Assembly (NCBI GenBank): GCA_965223705.1
Contig: OZ245015.1
Coordinates: 1,600,001-1,664,000 of the forward strand
Source of the DNA: Myxococcota bacterium
Lineage (GTDB): Bacteria > Myxococcota_A > UBA9160 > UBA6930
Length of the DNA stretch: 64,000 nt
Direction of reading: 5' to 3'
Made by a program: the position numbers and the translations under genes. The notes beneath the pieces are model-generated. The model was not told the origin of the DNA. It saw only the letters and a list, made by a program, of their open reading frames with translations, and ran no database searches. The number at the start of each line of letters is the position of its first letter. Position 1 is the first letter of the stretch. Of this stretch, positions 9,568-19,351 are shown one piece after another.

Positions 9568-10577
9568 GCGCCTTCGGGCTCACGGCCGCACTGTGACTGC
9601 GCGTTCGTCGAAAGAATCCGGTGGAGCTCCGAGCCGATGACCTCGTAGCGGGCGGCGTTTCCATGCGGATCGTAGCCGAGGGTAAAGCGGTCGTTAAAGC
9701 GTCGCCTCCGCATCGTTTCGCTCAGTCCGTCAAGGCCGAACGCCGTGGGACCCAGCTCGTGAACCGAGGCCGACGACTTGTCCGTTGCGGAGACAAGCCG
9801 CTCACACAGATAGCGGTTGTTCGCGTCGCCGACACCGTTCGGGATATAGAAGACCAATCGCACGTCGGCCTTCTCGGCGCTCCCGATGGCGCCGCGCCAC
9901 GCGGACTCGAAATTTCTCCACATGGCCTCCGCAAGCGTTGTGTCGGAGAGCGATCGATGCGGGCGCCGAAAGAGCTGCCGTAGTGCATGCCGTTGCGCGA
10001 GCAATTTGTTCGCGACGAAGGACGCCGACGCGACGTAGGATTCGATCCGCTCTCGTCGCGGCTTGTTGACTCGTTCGGCCTCGAACTGCGCTTCGTCGGG
10101 CATAAAGAACACATGGTCCGAAACCGCGACACGGATCACCGCGTCGCGAACTCCGTCACGCGAGGCGACGCGCTCGAGCATGCGACGATGGTGCTCCGGA
10201 CCGTGGCCGCCGGTCCCCAGATTCCGAACCCAAACCGAATCTCCGAACCGGCGTTGCAGTACGCCCGAGACGGTTTCTTCCTCTCGCACGCCCGATCCGA
10301 AGACTTCCGAGCTTCCGATAATCGCGATATTCGGGACGTCTCTCTGGGGTTCGGCGCCGCGGAACCCCTGGGAGTTCGTCCTGACGGGCGGAGACTCTAC
10401 GCTGTGGTTGCCGAGAAACGTCACCACGCGTCGCTGGTTCGGTTGGTAGCGATGAAAGAATGTTTCATCGAACACGTACTCGAGCGCAACGGGCGCGAGC
10501 GGCGTCCTGAAGTAGGTCTCGGCGATTGCGACGAAGGCGACCGCGGCGATGGCGAAGAAGCGGATCAGGGCGAGCAT
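9564..10577 (-). CDS. SGNH/GDSL hydrolase-like protein (partner of the MBOAT O-acyltransferase)
   Basis: Start moved to ATG 10577, which forms a TGATG overlap with the MBOAT stop. N-terminal TM, TNSQGFRG, IIGSSEVFG (block I), NLGTGG, and DPHGN (DxH). Confidence 0.75.
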   Translation of the reverse strand: MLALIRFFAIAAVAFVAIAETYFRTPLAPVALEYVFDETFFHRYQPNQRRVVTFLGNHSVESPPVRTNSQGFRGAEPQRDVPNIAIIGSSEVFGSGVREEETVSGVLQRRFGDSVWVRNLGTGGHGPEHHRRMLERVASRDGVRDAVIRVAVSDHVFFMPDEAQFEAERVNKPRRERIESYVASASFVANKLLAQRHALRQLFRRPHRSLSDTTLAEAMWRNFESAWRGAIGSAEKADVRLVFYIPNGVGDANNRYLCERLVSATDKSSASVHELGPTAFGLDGLSETMRRRRFNDRFTLGYDPHGNAARYEVIGSELHRILSTNAQSQCGREPEGA

Positions 10578-12004
10578 CAGAATTGAAAGTAAATGAATGC
10601 CGTCGCGTCCTGCACGCCCCAACGTAGAGCGGCAAACGCCAGTGCGGCCGTGAGGATCGGGGCCAGGATGGGGCGACGCGCGAGCGCGGCAAGTCGGCGA
10701 TCGTCTCGGCGCCACGCTTCGAGGAACACCAACGGCAAGCCGAAGCCCGCGATTTGAAGAGCCAACGGCCCGATATCGCCCGAGAACCATCCGTTCTGAT
10801 AGCTCCCCAAGAGCTCCAGAAGCTGGGCGCCACTGCGATCATCGGGTACGCCGTCGACGAGGACCGTCCGCGTGCTCCGAAAAATCGTCCAGCCCACCAG
10901 TGTGAAGTGGAACATCGCGAACCACGCGAAAGGTTTCGGTATACGCCACCCGAGTGAGCCGCTGAGTAAGCGGTGTCCGCAAAGTAATGCGCCGTGGTAG
11001 ATGCCCCACCACAGGAAATTCCACGCTGCGCCGTGCCACAGGCCGCCGAGCACCATCGTGATCATCAGGTTGCGATACGTCTTACGCGCGCCTCCCCGGT
11101 TCCCCCCGACGCCGATGTAGAGGTAGTCGCGCAACCACGTCGACAGGCTGATGTGCCATCGCCGCCAAAAATCCTGCGGGTTGAGAGCGGCGTACGGGTT
11201 CTTGAAATTCTCGATGAGCTCGATCCCGAGGCACTTCGCGCTGCCCCGAGCAATATCGGTGTAGGCGGAGAAGTCGGCGAGAATCTGAAACGCGAAGGCG
11301 AGGGTCGCTAAGTAGGTCTCCGCCACCGACAGCTCGGCCGAGCTCGCGTACAGCGGGTCGACGATCCCGGCCAGGTTGTCGGCGATGACGACTTTTTTGA
11401 CCAACCCGATCGCGATGAGCGACAGCCCGAGAACGAGTTGATCCTTCGTCGCGTCTTTCGCGACGCGCAGCTGCGGCAGTAGATTGCGGGCGCGCTCGAT
11501 CGGCCCCGCGACGAGTTGAGGAAAGAACGCGACGAACACCGCGAAGTTCAGCAAGCTCGAGTCGGGTTCCAGTTGCCGCCGGTAGATATCGATGGAATAC
11601 GAGAGGGTCTGAAAGGTGTAGAACGAGATCCCGACGGGAAGCACCACGTCGAGGAAGACGCGATCGAGCGGGAGACCGATATCCGACAGGAGGGTGTGGA
11701 GCCCGTCCGCGAAAAAGTTGAAGTACTTGAAGAAGCCGAGGATGGCGAGGTTCACGGTGATCGAGACCGCGAGCCATACGCGGCGCCGAGACTCCCTTTC
11801 CTCGGCATAGATCAAACGGCCAGCGACGAAGTCCGTCACGGTCGATAGCCAGATCAGACCGAGAAAGCGCCAATCCCAGGAACCGTAGAAGGTGTAGCTC
11901 GCGACGAGCAGCACAGCGTTCCGGTACGCAGCGCCGCCGCCGACCCGGTGCGCCGTCCAGACGAACACCAAGAAGAGGATGAACAGCCAAGAGTTGAACT
12001 GCAC
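10577..12004 (-). CDS. MBOAT O-acyltransferase, AlgI/DltB family
   Basis: Motifs LPVGISFYTFQTLSY, FFPQLVAGPIER, DFWRRWHISLSTWLRDYLY, GLWHGA and C-terminal FIYFQF. Confidence 0.95.
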   Translation of the reverse strand: MQFNSWLFILFLVFVWTAHRVGGGAAYRNAVLLVASYTFYGSWDWRFLGLIWLSTVTDFVAGRLIYAEERESRRRVWLAVSITVNLAILGFFKYFNFFADGLHTLLSDIGLPLDRVFLDVVLPVGISFYTFQTLSYSIDIYRRQLEPDSSLLNFAVFVAFFPQLVAGPIERARNLLPQLRVAKDATKDQLVLGLSLIAIGLVKKVVIADNLAGIVDPLYASSAELSVAETYLATLAFAFQILADFSAYTDIARGSAKCLGIELIENFKNPYAALNPQDFWRRWHISLSTWLRDYLYIGVGGNRGGARKTYRNLMITMVLGGLWHGAAWNFLWWGIYHGALLCGHRLLSGSLGWRIPKPFAWFAMFHFTLVGWTIFRSTRTVLVDGVPDDRSGAQLLELLGSYQNGWFSGDIGPLALQIAGFGLPLVFLEAWRRDDRRLAALARRPILAPILTAALAFAALRWGVQDATAFIYFQF

Positions 12005-12095
12005 CCGCGGAACCTAGCGACCTGCATTCGGGCGGAAAAGGCTGCAGCAAAGCGCAGCGGTGCGCGTCTGGTCGCGGACGCGATACGATGGCGCT

Positions 12096-12746
12096 GTGTT
12101 CTACGAACCCGACAACAAGGGAGCCCACGGACTCCCTCACGATCCATTCAAGTCCCTCGTCGTCCCCCGTCCGATCGGCTGGATCAGCACGCTCGATCGG
12201 GAAGGGGGCGTGAACCTCGCGCCGTACAGCTTCTTTAACGCTGTCTGCTATGACCCGTGCATTGTAATGTTCTCGGCGAGCGGGCTTCCCGACGACCCGC
12301 AGAAGCACTCCCGCCGAAACGCCGAAGAGACGGGCGAGTTCGTCTGTAACTTGGTGACGGAATCGCTCAAGGATCAGATGAACGAGACGTCCTCGCACGT
12401 CGCGCGCGGCGTCGACGAAATGGCGCTGGCGGGGCTGACACCCGAGCCTTCCAAGATTGTCAGGCCGCCCCGTGTTGCGGAATCGCCCGCCCATCTCGAA
12501 TGTCGCTATCTCAAGACCGTCGAATTCGAGAGCGATCTGCCCAACCAAAGCCATGGTGTCGTCTTCGGGCGGGTCGTCGGAGTTCACATCAAAGACGAGT
12601 ATCTCGACAACGGTTTCGTCGATATCCTGAAGATGCGGCCCATCGCCCGCATGGGTTATCGCGACTACACCGTCGTGAGCGAGATCTTCTCGATGCAGCC
12701 GCCCGACACGAAGACCGGAGCGCCACCGAAAAAGTCCGGCTTCTAG
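12096..12746 (+). CDS. Flavin reductase family protein (FMN-binding split barrel)
   Basis: Motifs VVPRPIGWIST, NLAPYSFFN, RVAESPAHLEC, PIARMG. GTG start at 12096 is inferred. Confidence 0.9.
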   Translation: MFYEPDNKGAHGLPHDPFKSLVVPRPIGWISTLDREGGVNLAPYSFFNAVCYDPCIVMFSASGLPDDPQKHSRRNAEETGEFVCNLVTESLKDQMNETSSHVARGVDEMALAGLTPEPSKIVRPPRVAESPAHLECRYLKTVEFESDLPNQSHGVVFGRVVGVHIKDEYLDNGFVDILKMRPIARMGYRDYTVVSEIFSMQPPDTKTGAPPKKSGF

Positions 12747-12883
12747 TTGGCTTGTAAATCACCCACTGGGTAGAAAACCCTTCGACACATTTCGGTGTGC
12801 GTCGCCGATTTTGTGACCCACGGCGCAGAATCTGACCCGGGGCGCCGCCTAGTTTCCCTTCGCGATACGAAGGAGGGGCGCTG

Positions 12884-13909
12884 ATGGCGATCAACCTGCA
12901 GAGTCTCATTCAAGCCGAGCTCGGTCCCGACGTCGTCGGCCGACTCGCGAGCGCACTCGGTACGTCCGACGCCGCGGCGCAGGGCGCGTTGCGAACGATC
13001 GTGCCGACGATGGTCGGCGCACTGGTGAATCGCGGATCGACCCATGACGGAGCGAGTATTCTGCTGGCGACGCTGCGTCGCATCGATCCAGGTGTCCTCG
13101 ACGACGTCGCGGGGAAATTCCGAGAGAAGGACTTCACGGCGTTCAGCCGTCAAGGAAGTGACCTGTTGCCGGGAATGTTCGGGGCGAAGCTCGGGCCGGC
13201 TTTGGACGAGCTGACGGCTGTGACAGCGCTCGATAAACCGGCGCTCAGTCGCGTGCTCGGGGCGCTGGCTCCGATTGTTCTGGCGTACCTGCGGCAGGCG
13301 GTCGGCAGGGAGCAACTCGACGCGTTGGGCCTCGCGAACCTACTCGACGGTCAGCGACCGCATCTCGCGACGTCTTTGCCCCGTACGCTGGGCGATATCC
13401 TGGGCCTCGCCGTCGCGCCGCCGCGCACGCTGTCGGAGCCGACCCTCCGAGTGGAGGCACCACCGCCGCGGCGCCGATCCTTCGGTGGGTTCGCAACGGC
13501 GGCGATCGGACTGGTGTTGGTGGCCTTCGCATACGCCGCCATTCGAGACGCTCGTTCGGAGCCTGGGCTTCCCGACGTGGCAGCGGACGCGCCCGTTTCC
13601 GTTGTGGCGGGCTTCGAAGATACGATCGAAACGCTCCGCGGTGCGCTGGTTGCCGTCGAAGATGAGGCGTCCGCCAAAGAAGCCGTCCCCGCGCTCATTG
13701 CGGCGGAGGGCCAGATCGACAACCTGTCTCTAGGGCTCGGGGTGCTGCCCCATTCGGTTCGTTCGCAGCTCGCGGTTCGGGCGCGGAGCTTCGGGCCCAC
13801 CCTCGACGAGGAGGCGAGCCGAATCGACGAGATCCCGGCCGCTCGCGACCTGCTCTCGCCGCTCGCGAGCAAGATTGCGGACGGGCTCGAACGGATCGCC
13901 GATAGCTAG
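12884..13909 (+). CDS. DUF937-domain membrane-anchored protein
   Basis: N-terminal helical DUF937-like region (e.g. LGALAPIVLAYL), one TM segment, and a helical C-terminal region. Strong AGGAGG RBS. Confidence 0.7.
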   Translation: MAINLQSLIQAELGPDVVGRLASALGTSDAAAQGALRTIVPTMVGALVNRGSTHDGASILLATLRRIDPGVLDDVAGKFREKDFTAFSRQGSDLLPGMFGAKLGPALDELTAVTALDKPALSRVLGALAPIVLAYLRQAVGREQLDALGLANLLDGQRPHLATSLPRTLGDILGLAVAPPRTLSEPTLRVEAPPPRRRSFGGFATAAIGLVLVAFAYAAIRDARSEPGLPDVAADAPVSVVAGFEDTIETLRGALVAVEDEASAKEAVPALIAAEGQIDNLSLGLGVLPHSVRSQLAVRARSFGPTLDEEASRIDEIPAARDLLSPLASKIADGLERIADS

Positions 13910-15159
13910 GCCTCGATATCGATGGGGTCCGCTGTCACGAGCCACGCGTAGATTCCGCCGCAGAACAAGCACAGAACCGCTGCCATGTAGAACGGCAAGG
14001 TAAAACTCTCGGTCGCATCGATGAGCCGGCCCGCGGCCAAGGGGCCGAACAGGCCGGCGAAGTTCGCGAATCCGTTCATCACGCCGATGATCGAGCCCAC
14101 GTGCTTCGGCGCGAGCTCGAGGGGGAGGGACCAGTAACCTCCCAAGGACGCGGAAAACAGGAAGTAGAAGATCCCGAACGAAGCGATGCTGGCGGTGATG
14201 GAGGGCAGGTTCACACCCAACACCAGGAACGGCGCTCCGAGGACCACCATTGCGCCCGGCACGCGAACGCGCGAGGTACGGGGCGTGTGGCCGCGCTTCA
14301 GCAGCTGGTCGGAGAGCCAGCCACCGGATTGAATGCCGAGAAAACCGGCGCCGATCGGAAGCATGCCGATGAGCCCCATCTGCATCGTCGACAGGCCGCG
14401 CTCCTCGGTGAGATACGTCGGAAACCAGAAGATGAAGAGCCAGGCGATGAAACCGTAGAGCGAGTAGCTCACACACAGCGCCGGAAGGGGCTTGCAGCGC
14501 AGGATCGAGAGCAACGAGATCTTGACCGCGTCCGTCTTCGGCGTGACGTGTGCCTCGATGAATTCGACTTCACTGTCCGAGATGCTCGGGTGCTCCCGAG
14601 GTGTGTCGCGCACGTAGAAGTACCAGGCGGCCACCCACAACATGCCGATGCCTGCGTTCAGGTAGAAGACCATCTCCCAACTCAGGTTCTCCACGATCCA
14701 GGCCGTGGTGGGGTAGGCGACGATCTGGCCGATAAATACCCCGGACAACAGCACCGCCTGAGCCCGCGCAAACTCGTCGCGCGGAATCCACCGGGAGTTG
14801 AGCGAGGCGAACGACGGAAAACTCATCGACTCGCAGGCGCCGACGAGGAAACGCAACGCGAGGAGCAGGACGAAGGCGCTCTGACCCAGCGGCGTGAGCG
14901 CCGTGAAGAGCGAGAAGCCGATGCAGGAGAGCGCGACAACCTTTCTCGCGCTCCAGCGATCGGCCAGCGCCCCGCCCGGGTACTGGAACAGCGCGTAGCC
15001 CAGCAGGAACAGCGAGAAGACCAAGCCGAAGTCGGTCTTGTTCCAACCCGTATCGGCCATGATCTCACCCGCTGCCACGGAGATATTGATCCGGTCGATG
15101 TAGTTGATGATGGTGCCGAGCAGGATGAGGCCCAGAATGCGTACGCGAGTCGGTATCAC
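13906..15159 (-). CDS. MFS transporter, anion:cation symporter (ACS)-like
   Basis: Motifs INYIDRINISVA, GALADRWSARK, LRFLVGACE; about 12 TM segments. Confidence 0.92.
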   Translation of the reverse strand: MIPTRVRILGLILLGTIINYIDRINISVAAGEIMADTGWNKTDFGLVFSLFLLGYALFQYPGGALADRWSARKVVALSCIGFSLFTALTPLGQSAFVLLLALRFLVGACESMSFPSFASLNSRWIPRDEFARAQAVLLSGVFIGQIVAYPTTAWIVENLSWEMVFYLNAGIGMLWVAAWYFYVRDTPREHPSISDSEVEFIEAHVTPKTDAVKISLLSILRCKPLPALCVSYSLYGFIAWLFIFWFPTYLTEERGLSTMQMGLIGMLPIGAGFLGIQSGGWLSDQLLKRGHTPRTSRVRVPGAMVVLGAPFLVLGVNLPSITASIASFGIFYFLFSASLGGYWSLPLELAPKHVGSIIGVMNGFANFAGLFGPLAAGRLIDATESFTLPFYMAAVLCLFCGGIYAWLVTADPIDIEA

Positions 15160-16178
15160 GGTTGTATCACCTCGTGGGCCAAGCGCTCATGCTTCGCTTC
15201 GCGGTCGGTTTCACCAAAGAAAGCCATCAACAAGTTTTCGGCGCCGGCGTCGCGAAGTTCCGCGATGCGCCGACGGAAGAAGTCCGGAGGCCCGCACAAG
15301 GTAAAGCGATCGGCCAAGTAGTCGGTCAGCCCGAGCTGGTCGACAATCTGGGCGTTGCGTCGGTGGGCACCGGCACTTTCGTGCTCGGAAAACACATACG
15401 CTTTCTGGAGGGCGCGAATCCGGTCCTTGTACTCGTCGGGGATGCGCTTTCCTTCGAGACTGAAGCGGAACGCGTGATTGGCGCTCGCCGTCAAGGTCAT
15501 GCGCGCTTCGTGCACGGCGCGTTCGCGATCGTCGTCGAGGTTCCACTTGACGAACCACCACACATCGATCGATTCGGGGTCCCGTCCTGCGCCGCGGGCT
15601 CCGGCGGCGATATGTTCGCGCGCGTCGCGAACGAGATCGGCCTGAAGACCCGTCCCGACCAGTACGCCATCGGCGTGGGCACCGGCGAGCTGCAACGTCT
15701 TCGGCCCTTCGGCCGTGAGATACACCGGGATTCTCCGCTCGGGCCAGGTGAGTCGCGCAATGTCCCCGCGATAAGTGGTCTCGCCGCGCACAAGAAGCTC
15801 TCGCACAGCGATCAAGTGTTCGCGCAACGCGCCGAGACGAGCGCCTTCGAGGCCGAGGTTGTAGACCGCGCTGTCTCCGGATCCCAAGTTCCACCACACG
15901 CGGCCCGGCGCGAGTTGTTCCAAGGATGCAATCGCGGACGCGGCGACAGCGGGATGACGCGTCAGGGGGTTCGTGACGGCGGGCCAGAGGGTCATCCGTT
16001 CGGTCGCCAGAGCGGCAACGGTGAGCTGGACATACATCTCGGGCCAAAGCGACTGACTGTCCGGCATCGCCAGGCCGCTAAAGCCCAGTTGCTCGAGCCT
16101 TGCGATCCGCCGTTGGAATGCCGCGAGGCCCGAGTCGCGTTCGAGGCTCGAATTGATCACGAGGGCTGCGAACTTCAT
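15156..16178 (-). CDS. LLM-class flavin/F420-dependent oxidoreductase (Mer-like)
   Basis: Motifs PDSQ, AVTNPLTRHPAVAASAIASL, LGSGDS, GPKTLQLAGAHADG. Confidence 0.9.
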   Translation of the reverse strand: MKFAALVINSSLERDSGLAAFQRRIARLEQLGFSGLAMPDSQSLWPEMYVQLTVAALATERMTLWPAVTNPLTRHPAVAASAIASLEQLAPGRVWWNLGSGDSAVYNLGLEGARLGALREHLIAVRELLVRGETTYRGDIARLTWPERRIPVYLTAEGPKTLQLAGAHADGVLVGTGLQADLVRDAREHIAAGARGAGRDPESIDVWWFVKWNLDDDRERAVHEARMTLTASANHAFRFSLEGKRIPDEYKDRIRALQKAYVFSEHESAGAHRRNAQIVDQLGLTDYLADRFTLCGPPDFFRRRIAELRDAGAENLLMAFFGETDREAKHERLAHEVIQP

Positions 16179-16310
16179 GTTGGGACCGCGAGCTTAACCT
16201 GCGCGGCGTTCGAATTGGGAAAAGTCCGCGGCACCCGAAGGGCGTCCGGGGGGCCTGGCGCCTCACACCACAGTGGTACCCTCTGCGGTAACTCGCGTGG
16301 GAGGATCGCC

Positions 16311-16808
16311 ATGGCTCATGCAGGACACGACCAGGCTCACATCCCGGTCGCCAGCGACATCATGACCCGAGATCTCGTCACCCTGAGCCCGAAAACGCCG
16401 ATCGTCGACGCGATGAGGATATTGCTTCAAAGCAACATCTCCGGGGCGCCGGTGGTGGACGACGACGGTCAGCTCGTCGGCATGTGCTCCGAATACGATT
16501 GCCTCCGGGTACTTACGGCTGGCCAGTTCTATTCGGACGATCACCGCGAGGAAGGCGTCGTCGGCGACTACATGACGAAGAACTTCCGCACCGCCCTCGC
16601 TTCGGACGACATCTATTCCGTCGCCCAAGGCTTTTTGCAGAAGAAAGTCCGCCGGCTGCCGATCCTCGAAGACGGTGTCCTCGTCGGGCAGATCTCGCGC
16701 CGAGATGTCTTGCGGGCGATGCTCAAGTGGGGAGAGAGACGTGCGACGGAGCGTCGCTACCCCGACTATCGAGAGCCGGCCGGCGAAGCCGCAGCGCGTC
16801 GCTCTTAG
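16311..16808 (+). CDS. CBS-domain pair protein
   Basis: Start moved to ATG 16311 (GGAGG RBS). Motifs SDIMTRDLVTL, ISGAPVVDDDGQLVG, RRLPIL, GQISRRDVL. Confidence 0.9.
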   Translation: MAHAGHDQAHIPVASDIMTRDLVTLSPKTPIVDAMRILLQSNISGAPVVDDDGQLVGMCSEYDCLRVLTAGQFYSDDHREEGVVGDYMTKNFRTALASDDIYSVAQGFLQKKVRRLPILEDGVLVGQISRRDVLRAMLKWGERRATERRYPDYREPAGEAAARRS

Positions 16809-18078
16809 CGCCGTCGCCCTCGCGGTTTCGCTGCTGGCGGTGGCAGCCCAAGGGGCTGACGCGTGGGACGATGTCGGGCTACCGATCGCGCTGCTCGAAA
16901 AGCGCTTCGCCGGCGGCGCATGCCAAGCGAGTGAGCAGCACGAAGAGGCGTGCGTTCTGGCCCTCGAAGCGCTGGCCTCCCACCGAACACCACCTGCGCG
17001 AATCGACTGGAGCGCCGAACCACCTGCTCTCGAGCCCGCACCCGACGCCCCGGCGCTTCCGGCGTTTGAGGCCCGGGTCGCGCGAGAAGTTCGAGCGATC
17101 GAAGCGTACCGGGGGCGAGGCCTGGGCGTCGCGCCGAACTTCAAGCCCTTGTGGCAAGCACTGCGATCGGTCGCGGAAGCGCGTCCCGGAGGCCCGCGCG
17201 CTCTGGCGGATGCACTGCGTTCGTACCTGCGCCGCGTCGAGGACCCCCACACCGAGCTCGCGCCGTATCGCGCGGTTGAGAGATCGCTTCATCAGAACAA
17301 CGTCGACCCCGTTCGCTCGTTTCTCACGCGTGACCGGAATCGACCCGAGTCCGTCGCGTTCTCACGCCTCTACGAGCGCGGCTTTTCGCTGGGCTGGGTC
17401 GCGCTGCGCGATTTCGACGACGTCGCTTGCGGCAACGTGTCCTACGCCTTGAGCCGACTTCTGGCCGACGGTATTCAGGGCGTCTTGCTCGACTTGCGGG
17501 GCAACGGAGGCGGTGTGGCACGTGAGGCGGACTGCGTGCTCGACCTCTTCTTCGACAGGGGCGTCACCTTGTATCGACTCGAGCCGCTGCGCGAGGGCGG
17601 GCCGGCGCGGTCCTACACAACGCCCGGGCCCGCACTCACGGATCTGCCGCTCGTCGTGCTGATCGACGCGGGCACCGCGAGCGGCGCCGAGATCATCGCC
17701 GGTGTCGTCCAAGCACAAGGCCGAGGGCGAATCGTCGGTGAACGAAGTTTTGGGAAGGGCACGTATCAACGGGCGTCTCCCTGGTCCGAGCACGACGGCG
17801 TCGTCCTGTATCAGACCGTGGCTCGAATCGTCGTCGAGCCGGGATTCGAATTCCAGAATACGGGCGTGTTTCCGGACGTGGTTTGGGCGTCTTCGGGGCC
17901 GGTCCTCCGCGAGGCGACCGCGTACGTGAACCCGATCCCCCCGCGTTATCCGTCCGTGCCTACGCATCGCTTTTCGTGGGGGGATACCTGCCCCCGGGAG
18001 GCACCGAGGGCCGCGATCGAGCCTCGCGACGCCGCGCTGGCGCTATCTCGGCGCGTACTCCACTGCGAACTTCGATGA
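16741..18078 (+). CDS. S41 family (C-terminal processing) peptidase; no PDZ domain evident
   Basis: Motifs LDLRGNGGG, TASGAEI (catalytic Ser), GERSFGKG (catalytic Lys), and a signal-like hydrophobic segment. Start is uncertain; GTG 16741 overlaps the CBS gene. Confidence 0.8.
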   Translation: MRRSVATPTIESRPAKPQRVALSAVALAVSLLAVAAQGADAWDDVGLPIALLEKRFAGGACQASEQHEEACVLALEALASHRTPPARIDWSAEPPALEPAPDAPALPAFEARVAREVRAIEAYRGRGLGVAPNFKPLWQALRSVAEARPGGPRALADALRSYLRRVEDPHTELAPYRAVERSLHQNNVDPVRSFLTRDRNRPESVAFSRLYERGFSLGWVALRDFDDVACGNVSYALSRLLADGIQGVLLDLRGNGGGVAREADCVLDLFFDRGVTLYRLEPLREGGPARSYTTPGPALTDLPLVVLIDAGTASGAEIIAGVVQAQGRGRIVGERSFGKGTYQRASPWSEHDGVVLYQTVARIVVEPGFEFQNTGVFPDVVWASSGPVLREATAYVNPIPPRYPSVPTHRFSWGDTCPREAPRAAIEPRDAALALSRRVLHCELR

Positions 18079-18137
18079 ACGTCACGCCCGAGCCTCGATC
18101 GGGCTAGGATAAGGCAAAAGCCACGGAGGTTTCGCCG

Positions 18138-19343
18138 ATGTCTAAGGCTCTAGAAGGAGTGCGCGTTCTCGATCTCAGCCAGTATGAGGCGGGGCCGTCG
18201 TGCACCCAGGCCTTGGCGTGGCTCGGCGCCGAGGTGGTGAAGATCGAACGACCGGAGACGGGAGAGCCGGGCCGTAGCGTCGGGGGCCACGAAGACGACT
18301 CGCCCTATTTCCTGTATTGGAACAGCAACAAGCGCAGTGTCGTGATCGATCTCGATCGGCCGGAGGGACACGACCTCCTGCTCAGGCTGTTGCCGAACTA
18401 CGACATCCTCGTCGAGAACTACGGCCCCGGCGTCGCGCAAAGACTGGGGCTCGACTACGAATCGCTCGCCGAGCACCACCCGGGCCTCATCTACGCGAGC
18501 GTCAAAGGCTTCGGGAGCACGGGTCCCTACGCGGACTACAAGTCTTTCGACATGGTGGCTCAGGCGGCCTCCGGCGCGTTCTCGGTCACAGGCGATCCCG
18601 AGGGCAAACCCATGCGCCCCGGGCCGACGCTCGGAGACACCGGCACGGGAATGCAGCTCGGCATGGCGATTTTGGCGGCGTACATCCAGCGGCTCCGCAC
18701 CGGCCGCGGCCAGCGCGTCGAGATCTCGATGCAAGAGGCCATGACGTACTACATGCGCACCATGATCGCGCTCGGCAACGGATTCGAGGACAAAGCGGCA
18801 CCGCGGACCGGCACCGGGATGGGGCCGGACATCAACCTCTATCCCTGCAAACCCTTTGGCCCGAATGACTACGTCTACATCGTTGTGGCGACGCCGCGTA
18901 TGTGGGACGCGTTGTGCGAGGCGACCGGGGTCGCTGCCCTGGCCGAGGACGAGCGCTTCAAGACCAGCGGTGAGCGCGCGAAGAACGCCGAAGCGGTCCG
19001 CGAGGCGATCGAGATCTTCACTCGGAAACACACCAAGCACGAAGCGATGAAAATCCTCGCCGAGGCCGGCGTGCCGTGCAGTGCCGTCCTCGACACCCGC
19101 GACCTGATGCACGATCCCCACTTGCGCGCGCGCAACTTCATTGCGCCCGTTTCGCACCCGAACTGGGGAGAAGTCGAACTGCCCGGATTCCCGTCGAGGT
19201 TGTCGGACAGTGAAGTCACCCTCGAAGCCGCGCCGAAACTCGGCGAGGCGACGGACGAGATCCTCAAGAGAGATCTCGGCCTCGATCCGAAAGAACTCGC
19301 CGCGCTCCGCTCAGCGGGCGTTGTCGCCGGCGGAAACGTTTAG
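18138..19343 (+). CDS. CoA-transferase family III (CaiB/BaiF, formyl-CoA transferase-like)
   Basis: Motifs ALEGVRVLDLS, LGAEVVKIE, NSNKRS, DILVENY, LGDTGTG. Confidence 0.95.
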   Translation: MSKALEGVRVLDLSQYEAGPSCTQALAWLGAEVVKIERPETGEPGRSVGGHEDDSPYFLYWNSNKRSVVIDLDRPEGHDLLLRLLPNYDILVENYGPGVAQRLGLDYESLAEHHPGLIYASVKGFGSTGPYADYKSFDMVAQAASGAFSVTGDPEGKPMRPGPTLGDTGTGMQLGMAILAAYIQRLRTGRGQRVEISMQEAMTYYMRTMIALGNGFEDKAAPRTGTGMGPDINLYPCKPFGPNDYVYIVVATPRMWDALCEATGVAALAEDERFKTSGERAKNAEAVREAIEIFTRKHTKHEAMKILAEAGVPCSAVLDTRDLMHDPHLRARNFIAPVSHPNWGEVELPGFPSRLSDSEVTLEAAPKLGEATDEILKRDLGLDPKELAALRSAGVVAGGNV

Positions 19344-19351
19344 GAGACCTC

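Noticed and set aside
9564..12004. MBOAT + SGNH pair as a novel system
   Set aside because: It is a common AlgI/PatA-type O-acylation module, and no polysaccharide locus is adjacent to define anything unusual.
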